Assembly (NCBI GenBank): GCA_041548485.1
Contig: JBFESP010000007.1
Coordinates: forward strand, 13,679-77,678
Length of the DNA: 64,000 nucleotides
DNA from: Thermoplasmata archaeon
GTDB lineage: Archaea > Thermoplasmatota > Thermoplasmata > UBA10834
Direction: 5' to 3'
The notes under the pieces are model-generated. The model was not told where the DNA came from. It saw nothing but the letters and a program-made list of their open reading frames with translations, and did no database searches. Position 1 is the stretch's first letter. Every line of letters starts with the position of its first letter. The translations under genes were made by a program, and so were the position numbers. Positions 20,369-28,496 of the stretch are shown in pieces.

Positions 20369-20902
20369 TCACCACTCGATTCCTTTTCTCGCGGGGGCGC
20401 CTTCGTCGTAAGGATGCTTGACAGTGTCGATATGCGAGACATAGTCGGCGTACTGGATGAACTCCTCCGGAGCGTTCCGCCCCGTCAGGACGGTCTCCAT
20501 GCCATCCGTACGCTCCTCCAGGAGGTCGATGATGTCCTTTGCCGTGACCAACCCGAAGAACACGGCCACGTTAACCTCGTCGAGAATGAGCAGGTCGCAT
20601 CTTCCGCGCGCGGCCTGCTTGCGTGCGTACTCGACGGCCTTTGCGGCGCTCTTCCGATCCTTCTCGGAGATCGAGCCCGCGCCGACGAACTGACCCGTGC
20701 CGAACTGCGCCACACGCACCTCCTTCAGTCGCTCCGCGGCAATGACCTCCCCGGTCGTCTCGCCCGTCTTCATGAACTGGACGACAGAGACCCTGAGCCC
20801 ATGGCCTGCAGCCCGCATGGCCAGGCCGAACGCTGCTGTTGTCTTTCCCTTTCCAGGTCCAGTTATCACATGGACCCGCCCGAGGCTTGCGCCGGCTGCC
20901 AT
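20369..20902 (-). CDS. cobO: cob(I)yrinic acid a,c-diamide adenosyltransferase (CobA/CobO/BtuR type)
   Basis: VHVITGPGKGKTTAAFGLAMRAAGHG...VVQFMK...LILDEVN. ATG 20902 is preferred; a GTG at 20962 would overlap the DUF835 stop (GTGA) and add a hydrophobic 20-aa extension. Confidence 0.85.
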   Translation of the reverse strand: MAAGASLGRVHVITGPGKGKTTAAFGLAMRAAGHGLRVSVVQFMKTGETTGEVIAAERLKEVRVAQFGTGQFVGAGSISEKDRKSAAKAVEYARKQAARGRCDLLILDEVNVAVFFGLVTAKDIIDLLEERTDGMETVLTGRNAPEEFIQYADYVSHIDTVKHPYDEGAPARKGIEW

Positions 20903-20958
20903 ATGCCAACCTAAGTGGCTAGCTACTAGAAAAACCAGAGCACTCTGCAAGCTAGATC

Positions 20959-21468
20959 TCACCCGAACCGGACACGCCTCAGATTCTCCTCCGGAAGCGT
21001 GAACTCGCGTTCAAGGTAACCCAGCTGCTGCGTCTCCAAAGTGCGAGGGTCCACTGGCACGAGGAGAAGGGCGTCGTTCATGGCGACCTCCTCGTTCGTC
21101 AGTTGGATGGCTTTCATGACGGTGGAGAACCCGTTCTCCGTGATGAGATACTCCAGCCCATCCAGAAGGATGACCGCCCCCTTGTTGGCCTTGATGAAGT
21201 CGGATATCGTCCCGTGCATCTTCATCAGACGTGTGGGCTCCAGACTCAGCACTCCACTAGACGCCTTGGTGCTCTTCGCGATCCACATAATGGGACAATC
21301 CAACGCGTGTTCCTGTTGCACTCTCGTCGGATGCGCTCGCGTGATGACGAGCCCTCTCCGACCCTCCGCCAAGAGCCTCTTGAACGCCTCGAATGCCCTC
21401 AGAACCCCCTGTTCCGTGAAGAGGTACGAGCTTCCCTCGTTCAGGACCGAGGCCTTGTCAGCGTTCAT
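20959..21468 (-). CDS. DUF835 domain protein (P-loop-less RecA/KaiC-like fold suspected)
   Basis: RGLVITRAHP...IMWI...AVILLDGLEYLITENGFSTVMKAIQLTNEEV...LLVPVDPRTL matches my memory of the Pfam DUF835 pattern. Confidence 0.7.
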   Translation of the reverse strand: MNADKASVLNEGSSYLFTEQGVLRAFEAFKRLLAEGRRGLVITRAHPTRVQQEHALDCPIMWIAKSTKASSGVLSLEPTRLMKMHGTISDFIKANKGAVILLDGLEYLITENGFSTVMKAIQLTNEEVAMNDALLLVPVDPRTLETQQLGYLEREFTLPEENLRRVRFG

Positions 21469-21476
21469 ACACAGTC

Positions 21477-22151
21477 TTACCTCAAACCGGCCTGCACCGC
21501 CAATCCCTCGTCAGTTATGTCTATGAGCTGGCGGCCGGTCGTGTGCTTCGTCCCCCTCATCTTGAGCACCTCTAGGAACTTTCTCCTAACCTTCTCCTCC
21601 TCGGGGTAGGACAGCACTATCACACCGTCGACCATGTAAGATTCCTGGCTGTGGGAGATATCGTCGTACGACATCTCGGAAGTGATCAGCACGAGGCTGT
21701 TGAACGCCTTGAGATACGCGAAGAGTTCGTGCATGAACTCCCGGGTCTCGCCTCGCCACTGCAGAAGATCTACCATGGGAGTGATGGGATCGATCACTAT
21801 CCGATTGGGCTGGCACTGCTCGATCTTCTTCTTTATTATGTCCAGCATTTCGCTCGGATTCTTGACGATGGTCGGGCCGAGGTCGATGAAATCGATCATG
21901 CCCTTCTCCACCACTTCCTGGTCGTAGAACGAGAATGACGACAGGAACTTCTGCACGAGCCATTGTGGCTCCGAGATCGCCGTTATGTACAACCCCTTCT
22001 CGCCCTCCTTCGCGCCTTGGAAAAGACTTTGGACGGCCAGTGTGGTCTTCCCGGTACCGGGTTCGCCGGCTATAAGAACGGCTGAGGGGAAAGGGAATCC
22101 GTTCTGCAGCATGCTGTCGAGACCGGGTATGCCCGTGGTCTTTCTAGCCAT
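21477..22151 (-). CDS. single-domain KaiC/RecA-superfamily ATPase
   Basis: TGIPGLDSMLQNGFPFPSAVLIAGEPGTGKTTLAVQSLFQGAKEGEKGLYI (Walker A intact), Walker B RIVIDPIT, C-terminal LKMRGTKH. ATG 22151 lies 2 nt after the V4R stop. Confidence 0.85.
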   Translation of the reverse strand: MARKTTGIPGLDSMLQNGFPFPSAVLIAGEPGTGKTTLAVQSLFQGAKEGEKGLYITAISEPQWLVQKFLSSFSFYDQEVVEKGMIDFIDLGPTIVKNPSEMLDIIKKKIEQCQPNRIVIDPITPMVDLLQWRGETREFMHELFAYLKAFNSLVLITSEMSYDDISHSQESYMVDGVIVLSYPEEEKVRRKFLEVLKMRGTKHTTGRQLIDITDEGLAVQAGLR

Positions 22152-22153
22152 CG

Positions 22154-22570
22154 TCAAAGCACCTCCGTATCGATCACGAAGACGCAGTGTTCGTCTCCCT
22201 TGGACACGCACTTGCGTTCATGGCAGTAGACATCCTTCCCGGTTCTCTCTTCGAACACCTTCGCCAGTATGCCCCGCAGCACGTGGCACGTAGGAGCGTC
22301 GGAACTTGAGGTTTCAATGGACCCGGTCACCGTCACCACGTCTCCGTCGAAGTCTACATCCGTGGCCCAGCCCTCCCTCATGATTGCATCCCTGACCCTA
22401 CCTAGCTCCGTTCCAGCCGCCTTAACGATCCTGTCCGCCATGACCCTGCCACTTCTGTAGAACATACCGTGAGAGGCGAATGTCATAACGGTTTCGAACA
22501 GGTTCTTGACCTCAACAATCTCGTCCTTTCGGAGCTTGACTGCACGTTCTGGTTGCTCCATGTCGTCCAC
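22154..22570 (-). CDS. V4R (4-vinyl reductase-like) domain protein
   Basis: PTCHVLRGILAKVFEERTGKDVYCHERKCVSKGDEHCVFVI matches the V4R pattern C...RG...G...E..C...G...C.F. GTG start at 22570, or ATG at 22561. Confidence 0.7.
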   Translation of the reverse strand: MDDMEQPERAVKLRKDEIVEVKNLFETVMTFASHGMFYRSGRVMADRIVKAAGTELGRVRDAIMREGWATDVDFDGDVVTVTGSIETSSSDAPTCHVLRGILAKVFEERTGKDVYCHERKCVSKGDEHCVFVIDTEVL

Positions 22571-22594
22571 CTACCAACCGGAGTGTCGCCTATC

Positions 22595-22916
22595 TCCAAG
22601 TCGGGACTTATAACTTTTGGTTTGGCGGTAGCGGCTTGGATGCCAGACCGGTTGATCTACCTGGACCGGCTGCCAACGCCTCATGTTGGAGGTCGACGAG
22701 ATTGGGGAGTTGGGCCAGTTCGTTGAGTTCGAGCTCGTCACGGAAGACCTATTCGTGGCCGGACCGCTGATCGACCTTGCACGAATGGAGCTGACACATA
22801 CCAAGCGGGCTTCGGTAACCTATCTCGAGATGTTTCTCGTGAGACGGGAAAATCTGCGACAAGCGTGGAAGCCTTGCCCAGACCCGATGCGGTGTCAGGC
22901 CCTCGGGAGCCCGTGA
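22595..22916 (+). pseudogene. remnant of a CYTH / class IV adenylate cyclase (CyaB)-like gene: 5'-truncated and frameshifted
   Basis: Frame 2 reads ...SKSGLITFGLAVAAWMPDRLIYLDRLPT up to 22678. After a 1-nt shift near 22679, frame 0 continues LMLEVDEIGELGQFVEFELVTED...SVTYLEMFL. This resembles the C-terminal CYTH pattern LGF.....KkR..Y.l.g..v.lDeVegLG.FvEiE...YlEl. The N-terminal ~100 aa are missing; that space is occupied by the V4R gene start and promoter. Confidence 0.4.
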
Positions 22917-22921
22917 CCGAT

Positions 22922-23170
22922 TCAGAGCTTCCCGATTCTCTCGATGACGAAATCCTTGATGCTAGAATCGTCAGGGATCGTGATCGACTTCTTGTACTTC
23001 TCGCTCCCGTCCGGGAGAAAGTAACCTCGAGACACGGAGATGAACTCGCTGACGCCCTCGTCCGTGATTGCCTTCTTTCTCGCGACCTCAAGGAAGTTGT
23101 TCTTTCCGAAAGGAATCTTCTCGGCGCTCAGTGTCTCAAAACGCACTTTTGTGCCTTGTTCACCGTCCAT
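22922..23170 (-). CDS. small conserved-looking protein, possibly a PC4/Whirly-like ssDNA-binding fold
   Basis: MDGEQGTKVRFETLSAEKIPFGKNNFLEVARKKA...EFISVSRGYFLPDGSEKYKKSITIPDD. The pattern resembles PC4-type ..vdIReyY..dG...pgkKGIsl. TATA (ATTTATAT on the minus strand) at about 23213-23222 favours the ATG at 23170 over 23200. Confidence 0.5.
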   Translation of the reverse strand: MDGEQGTKVRFETLSAEKIPFGKNNFLEVARKKAITDEGVSEFISVSRGYFLPDGSEKYKKSITIPDDSSIKDFVIERIGKL

Positions 23171-23392
23171 CCTTTGACCCCCGGCCGACGGACCTGTCAA
23201 TAATCCTTGTGCGATATAAATGTTCGCGGAACGTCGGAATCCATGACGTCCAGTGGTTCACGGTGTTTAATGGTGAACCTCGGTTCTGCGCCTAGGCGCT
23301 ATGGGTCGGTCTGCGGCGACCCCAAAAAGCAGGACTGACGCGTCGGTGGGGGTAGATATCGTAATATACACTATAGCCTGTAGTCTCTGACT

Positions 23393-24784
23393 GTGCCAGC
23401 TGGTTCCGATGAGACGACGCACAGCAGCGCCCTTGGCGAGATCTGCGCGAACTGCGGAACATCGATTCCCGGGCAGGGGTCGTACTGCCCGAGTTGCGGC
23501 AACCCGAAACCGTCGCTCGGAGGGAGGACTGGGCCTGGCGTCTATTACGCTGCACCTCCACCTGGACCCCCGATCTTCGATTATTATTCTAAGGAGAGAC
23601 GGGAAGTGCGGTCGTGGAGGGACATCGTTCGCTCGATCTCCGCCGTCGTCATGATATCCTTCGGAGTGTACCTGGTCGCGTGTCTAGCTACGCTCCTGTA
23701 CGGGATGGATGTTGTCTTTCCTGAGCTGGAGACGCGGTCTTTCACCCTTCATGTCGTGTTCATTGAGGTTCTACCCTTCATCACGATGAATGGACCGGTG
23801 CTGTACGGGTGGTATCTCTTCCTCGTGACCGCAATAATGCTGTCCGCGATATGGGTGTTCCTCAGAAGCGCGCGTGGGTTCGTGGGAGAGCTCACGATGA
23901 AGAGCGAGGCCAGGAACCACAGCCCGTTCTTCGACGTGTGTGGCCTCATGTTCGCGGTGTTCTTCATCAACACAATCATCGTGCTCGCGATGATGGCCGC
24001 CGGCGGCGAGGTGGTTGACCCGATCGAGGAGATGGAGACCTGGGAGCTGCTGCTCATACTGGCGAACGCATCTGTGTGGGAGGAACTCGTCATCAGGGTG
24101 TTGATGATCGGCCTTCCGCTAATCGCGGTCGACGCTGCAATGAGACGGGGCTTGAGGAGACCTCACAAGTACGTGCTCGGAGGTGGCATATCGATCGGCC
24201 GAGCCGAGGTCGCGCTGGTCCTCATGTCGTCCATCATATTCGGATTCGGGCATCTCGAAGGATGGGGCGTCTGGAAGGTGTTCCCATCCGGTCTGGCTGG
24301 TGTGGCCTTCGGATACCTGTATCTCAGACACGGACTGGCGGCGTCGATTTTGCTTCACTTCTCATTCGACTACCTGTCGATGCCTTTGCTTGTATTCGAC
24401 GACTCGTTCGCATTCACGGTGGTCGTTGGGATCGGCATCCTCCTCTGGATCGGTCTCGGCCTCCTGTTCGCCATATACTTCACTATCAGGTTGGTGGAGT
24501 TCCTGAGTGGAAGAGCGCTCTTCGACCCCAAGGGAGGAGCCGCGACACCCTCCGGCCACGTACGGACATTATACCCCCGGCCCTACCCTGCGCCACAATC
24601 CGGTGAGGAGGTAGTAGGAGTTGGTCGGCCGTCGGCTCATGAAGAGACCCGTTTCAACGATGGGGTTGGTGCGATGTCACCTGCCTCAGGGGGCTACTTC
24701 GCCTGTCCGGTCTGCGGATCCACAGGGGCGAGATGGATGAGCGGTAAGACGCAATGCTTGGGCTGTGGGAGGCTATTCGAGTAG
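23393..24784 (+). CDS. CPBP-family (CAAX/Abi) intramembrane metalloprotease flanked by N- and C-terminal zinc ribbons
   Basis: CPBP motifs WEELVIRVLM (EExxxR), FGFGHLEGW (FxxxH) and ILLHFSFDY (HxxxD). N-terminal CANCGTSIPGQGSYCPSCG and C-terminal CPVCGSTGARWMSGKTQCLGCG. GTG start about 25 nt after TAATATAC. Confidence 0.8.
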   Translation: MPAGSDETTHSSALGEICANCGTSIPGQGSYCPSCGNPKPSLGGRTGPGVYYAAPPPGPPIFDYYSKERREVRSWRDIVRSISAVVMISFGVYLVACLATLLYGMDVVFPELETRSFTLHVVFIEVLPFITMNGPVLYGWYLFLVTAIMLSAIWVFLRSARGFVGELTMKSEARNHSPFFDVCGLMFAVFFINTIIVLAMMAAGGEVVDPIEEMETWELLLILANASVWEELVIRVLMIGLPLIAVDAAMRRGLRRPHKYVLGGGISIGRAEVALVLMSSIIFGFGHLEGWGVWKVFPSGLAGVAFGYLYLRHGLAASILLHFSFDYLSMPLLVFDDSFAFTVVVGIGILLWIGLGLLFAIYFTIRLVEFLSGRALFDPKGGAATPSGHVRTLYPRPYPAPQSGEEVVGVGRPSAHEETRFNDGVGAMSPASGGYFACPVCGSTGARWMSGKTQCLGCGRLFE

Positions 24785-25534
24785 ATTGTCAAGAACGCGC
24801 TTGCTCGACACCCCGCTGTCCAGGTCGGCGGATTCGATTATCAGGTTCCCGTTGTAGCCTGCGCGATCCATCGATGCTATGATCTTGTGGAGGTCCGCGC
24901 TCCCATGGTCGACCCGGTCGTGCTGGTCCCAAGAACCGTCGTTGTTGTGCAGATGGACGTTCCGGAACATGTCGACATGCTCGAGTAGAGCATCCACCTG
25001 TTCCGCGGTGTTCGCATGTCCCATGTCGAAGCAGACTCCCAGCTCGGTACCCTCGATCACCTCGAGAAGCTCCTTCGCGGTGGTACATGTGGCGTTGATA
25101 CCTTTCGGCATATTCTCCAGCGCGATGGTGACCGAGCTCTCCGCGGCTGCTCCGGATATCTCCTTCAGGGACCTCTTCATCTGGGACACGACCGATGGCC
25201 GGTCCAGGAAGGCGATCCCTGTGACGAACGCCGGGTGGATCGTCAGGACCTGGATGTCCCGTCTTCTGCAGAACTCCGCCGTGCGAACGATGTCTTCGAC
25301 CGCGGCAAGCCTCATCCGCTCGTAAACGCTGCCTATGTTGACATCGCTCATGGGGCCGTGCACCTGGAAACGCACGTCGTATGAGTCTGCCACCTCGGCC
25401 ATCACGGGCTCCACCTTCTCGATCGCGTGCTCGACCTCCACCAGCACCTCCCATAGCTGGAATTGCCGAGATATCTCCTCCAGCACCCTTGAGAAGTCCT
25501 GGAAGGAGAACGAGGGAGACGCGATGCCGATCAC
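24773..25534 (-). CDS. sugar phosphate isomerase/epimerase (xylose isomerase-like TIM barrel, AP endonuclease 2 family)
   Basis: Motifs LTIHPAF, IALENM, CFDMGHAN and HLHNNDGSWDQHD, typical of the family. GTGA overlap with the upstream gene. Confidence 0.8.
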   Translation of the reverse strand: MIGIASPSFSFQDFSRVLEEISRQFQLWEVLVEVEHAIEKVEPVMAEVADSYDVRFQVHGPMSDVNIGSVYERMRLAAVEDIVRTAEFCRRRDIQVLTIHPAFVTGIAFLDRPSVVSQMKRSLKEISGAAAESSVTIALENMPKGINATCTTAKELLEVIEGTELGVCFDMGHANTAEQVDALLEHVDMFRNVHLHNNDGSWDQHDRVDHGSADLHKIIASMDRAGYNGNLIIESADLDSGVSSKRVLDNLLE

Positions 25535-25914
25535 AACACGCCCTCCTCTGATGAGGGGTTCGGTGCGATGACATCGATCAGGCTGACTATGTCCTCGGCC
25601 CTGATCACTACCTCGATATCACCGAGGGGATGCGCCCCCTCCGCGAAGGACACTTTGCCGAGCGTCGCGACCTGTTTGTTGAGTCTGAAGCGCGTCTCGT
25701 CTCCGCTCATACCTCTCCGGAGCACCCTCCTTGCTGCCGACCGGATGCGCTGCCTGGCCAGCTGCTCCGCGAAGACCTCGACGGTGCAGGCCCTCGCGGT
25801 CATCGGATCGTCGCCCTCCACCATCGCATCGGGAAAAAGGCTCGTTATAGCCTCCGCGACGGCCGCCCTCTCCTCCGTCGGGAAGCATCTGACGGTCATC
25901 CGGATGTCAGGCAT
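25531..25914 (-). CDS. UPF0201/COG1931-type predicted RNA-binding protein
   Basis: VRCFPTEERAAVAEAITSLFPD...FRLNKQVATLGKVSF...HPLGDIEVVI matches the UPF0201 pattern (PTED..KV...NlFp...F.LNKQaA..G...F...pLG.I.V). Start taken at the internal ATG 25914. Confidence 0.6.
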   Translation of the reverse strand: MPDIRMTVRCFPTEERAAVAEAITSLFPDAMVEGDDPMTARACTVEVFAEQLARQRIRSAARRVLRRGMSGDETRFRLNKQVATLGKVSFAEGAHPLGDIEVVIRAEDIVSLIDVIAPNPSSEEGVL

Positions 25915-26106
25915 GAGCCAGCCATGCCCGGAAAGATATTTAACCTTGCGTTCTCGCGACGTGAAACCGTGCCACTTGAAGCGTTCCATGGTCCTTCTCG
26001 TCCGTCCCCCAAACCCCTTTCTCTTCTTTTTCGCGGCACCCGTGATTAGGCAAGCATCCGAAATGCGAGGTATATTAGGTCGACATCACAAGTGACATAT
26101 TCGAGA

Positions 26107-26730
26107 ATGCTAATCACGAGATGGAGAAAATCTGACATGGGTTACTCAAATACGAGATTTGGTCTTGCGATTCTCTTGGCGACCACAATTGTCTTGGCAC
26201 CGATGATGGCATTGCCCGGTGATGTTGTTGCGGAAAGCGACAGCACGATTATTCCGGCTGACGGGTTCTATGCCATCGTCTTTGAGATGAGCGAAGGCGT
26301 AGAGCTTGAATTCAACGTCACCTCAGATGTCGCCATATACATAGCTGTCCTGGACGACGACACCTATCAAGCCTATGCTGCTGGCGGTACGGTCTCCACT
26401 TGGTTGTACATCACAACATCGGCCGTTACCACCGCGGAGGCGAATGTTGAAGCGCCAGAAGACGGCGAGTACTACCTGCTTATGGAGAACTCGGAATCGT
26501 CATCGCCAGCTTCTGTCACAGTCGACTACGAATTCCATGGCACGGGCATATCACTGGGCGGACTAGCATACGCCATGATCATCGGGGGTGTCGTGGGAGC
26601 GGTCGTTGCGGCCGTTGTTGCTGCGGCAATCATGAAGAAGCGGAAGGCGCGTAAGAACGAACCTGTGACCAACACACTGCCCGAAGGCACGAAGGACGAG
26701 TTGAACCCGCCTCCACAGATTCCGATGTGA
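26107..26730 (+). CDS. secreted, C-terminally membrane-anchored protein (probable beta-sandwich ectodomain), function unknown
   Basis: Signal-like N-terminus (RFGLAILLATTIVLAPMMALPGDVVA), a ~130-aa ectodomain, a Gly/Ala/Val-rich TM segment and a basic stop-transfer KKRKARK. TATATTAG lies about 30 nt upstream of ATG 26107. Confidence 0.65.
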   Translation: MLITRWRKSDMGYSNTRFGLAILLATTIVLAPMMALPGDVVAESDSTIIPADGFYAIVFEMSEGVELEFNVTSDVAIYIAVLDDDTYQAYAAGGTVSTWLYITTSAVTTAEANVEAPEDGEYYLLMENSESSSPASVTVDYEFHGTGISLGGLAYAMIIGGVVGAVVAAVVAAAIMKKRKARKNEPVTNTLPEGTKDELNPPPQIPM

Positions 26731-26910
26731 CATCGAGAAATCTTCGGTGGCACCGAAGCCCATATGGCCTTTTCTCAGAGCGACGAATCTCCACCCAGGA
26801 TGATTCGACAAGGACAAGACGTTGAACAGCGAAGAAGCGGGCTGTATGTGCTTGTGCGCTGGACGGAATCGCAAAGATATTTAAACACGTCCGCGCTAGA
26901 TTCCGAAGAG

Positions 26911-28362
26911 ATGAAGAAGACAATCCTCGGCACCTTCAGCGAGAAAGGGATTCTTCTGGACCCCAGAGCGGTCGATGCTTTGACGAGCCTGCCGAACGCG
27001 GCTGAGTGTGCTGATAGGATAATCAACGACGGCGAGAACCGCCCGCTCGTTCTGACAGAGGAGGATGTGCTCAGGTACGCCCTCGACGGAGACGGAGACG
27101 CTTGCACGGCGGGCGAAGCGATGGTTCAGCCCGAGGACCCCGGCAGGCAGACTCCCCAGGTTGAGCGGCGTGTCAAGGTGCTCAAGGACATCACGGGCAA
27201 TTCGACCTGTGTGGGGAATGTGATTGATTTCGCCAAGCTCTTCAACGACCGCTACGCCGCGATCAAGAGGATGCTCTCCAGAAGGAGGGACCTCGCTGGC
27301 CTCATACCCATCACTAAGGCGAAGATGCTTAAGAGGGACCTTAGGTTCGCAGGCATCGTAAACGATTCACGTACGACGAAGAACGGCCACACGATGGTCG
27401 AGTTGGAGGACGAAACCGACAAGATCCAGGTCCTGGTGATGAAGGGCTCTCGTCGAGATGGTGAGACCTATCTCAAGGATGAGGTCCTGGGCGTCATAGG
27501 AGCGCTCAGCAAGGACGGGGAGATAGTCGTGGCGAAGGACGTCGTCAGACCGGACATCCCTCTGAGGAACGGTATGGTCCCCAACGGTTCCGATTCGATT
27601 GCCGCCTTCGTCTCGGACATCCATATCGGCAGCAACACGTTCCTCGAGAGGGAGTGGCGGAGATTCATGGATTGGCTGAGAACAAGCGCCGTCGCGGAGT
27701 ACGTGAGGTACATCGTCATGCCAGGAGACCTCGTGGACGGCATAGGCATATACCCCGGACAGGAGGACGAGCTGGAGATCGACGACCTATACGATCAGTA
27801 CGCGCTCCTAGCAGAGACCGTGAAGGAGTTCCCGGACCGGGTCAAGCTCGTCATGATGCCGGGTAACCACGACGCGGTCAGGCTCGCCGAGCCGCAGCCC
27901 GCGCTGTCAGGGGACATAAAAGCCCTCTTCGACTCAAACGTGCAGTTCGTAGGCAACCCCTGCTACATGGAGATAGAGGGGCGGACGATCCTCGCGTACC
28001 ACGGCAAGAGCATGGACGACTTCAATTCCAGCGTGCGACACTTGAACTACACAAACCCGCAGGAGGCGATGAAGGAGATGTTGAGGAGAAGACATCTCGC
28101 GCCGATCTACGGCGGCAAGACGCCTCTCGCACCTGAGCAGAAGGACTACATGGTGATCGACAGAGTCCCCGACATATTCGTCACCGGTCACGTGCATGTG
28201 TGCAGGATGGACGACTACAGGGGAGTGAGGTTGATCAACGCTTCCGCGTGGCAGTCGCAGACCTCGTTCCAGCGCATGCACAACCAGATACCAGATCCCG
28301 CAAGGGTGCCGTTGGTGCATCTCGGAACGGGCGAGTGTTGGGCCGAGGATTTCACATCGTAG
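26911..28362 (+). CDS. polB: DNA polymerase II (PolD) small subunit DP1
   Basis: Calcineurin-like phosphoesterase motifs FVSDIHIGS, MPGNHDAVR and VTGHVH; an OB-fold region; N-terminal ILGTFSEKGILLDPRAVDAL. Start taken at MKKTILG (26911). Confidence 0.9.
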   Translation: MKKTILGTFSEKGILLDPRAVDALTSLPNAAECADRIINDGENRPLVLTEEDVLRYALDGDGDACTAGEAMVQPEDPGRQTPQVERRVKVLKDITGNSTCVGNVIDFAKLFNDRYAAIKRMLSRRRDLAGLIPITKAKMLKRDLRFAGIVNDSRTTKNGHTMVELEDETDKIQVLVMKGSRRDGETYLKDEVLGVIGALSKDGEIVVAKDVVRPDIPLRNGMVPNGSDSIAAFVSDIHIGSNTFLEREWRRFMDWLRTSAVAEYVRYIVMPGDLVDGIGIYPGQEDELEIDDLYDQYALLAETVKEFPDRVKLVMMPGNHDAVRLAEPQPALSGDIKALFDSNVQFVGNPCYMEIEGRTILAYHGKSMDDFNSSVRHLNYTNPQEAMKEMLRRRHLAPIYGGKTPLAPEQKDYMVIDRVPDIFVTGHVHVCRMDDYRGVRLINASAWQSQTSFQRMHNQIPDPARVPLVHLGTGECWAEDFTS

Positions 28363-28365
28363 GCC

Positions 28366-28452
28366 TCAGACGAACAACTCGCGGATGATGAAGAAGAACC
28401 CTATTGCCATGATCACCAGGCTTGACCAGAAGGCGATGATGAAGAGTTTCAT
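28366..28452 (-). CDS. 28-aa hydrophobic micro-protein at the 3' end of the atp operon (candidate)
   Basis: ATG 28452 to TGA 28366-28368: MKLFIIAFWSSLVIMAIGFFFIIRELFV. AGGGAG lies 6 nt upstream of the ATG, which is 44 nt downstream of the atpD stop. Codons are almost all C/G-ending, as in neighbouring genes. Confidence 0.4.
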   Translation of the reverse strand: MKLFIIAFWSSLVIMAIGFFFIIRELFV

Positions 28453-28496
28453 CAGTGTCTCCCTGTCACGGAGAAGTCTTTCGAGCGTCACAGTCG

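Noticed and set aside
20903-20962. Long form of CobO starting at GTG 20962, which would make a GTGA overlap with the DUF835 stop.
   Set aside because: The extra 20 aa (RSSLQSALVFLVASHLGW) are hydrophobic and not part of the CobA/CobO family as I know it. I keep it only as an alternative because the overlap could reflect real coupling.
22617-22921. Possible structured RNA gene (SRP RNA or RNase P RNA) in the ~300-nt gap lacking a convincing ORF.
   Set aside because: On neither strand could I find the conserved RNase P CR-I/CR-V elements (GAGGAAAGUCC, ACAGAA) or an SRP helix-8 GNAR-loop motif with proper pairing. The region is better explained as a decayed CYTH coding remnant. A covariance-model scan (Rfam/Infernal) would settle it.
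28366-28455. C/D box sRNA, suggested by two GATGATGA motifs on the plus strand and CTGATGA...CTGA on the minus strand.
   Set aside because: Box spacing does not fit: no D'/D CUGA lies 12 nt after the C/C' boxes, there are no terminal stems, and the C-to-D distance on the minus strand is about 85 nt. The ATGATGA strings arise from Ile/Phe-rich codons of the micro-ORF on the other strand.
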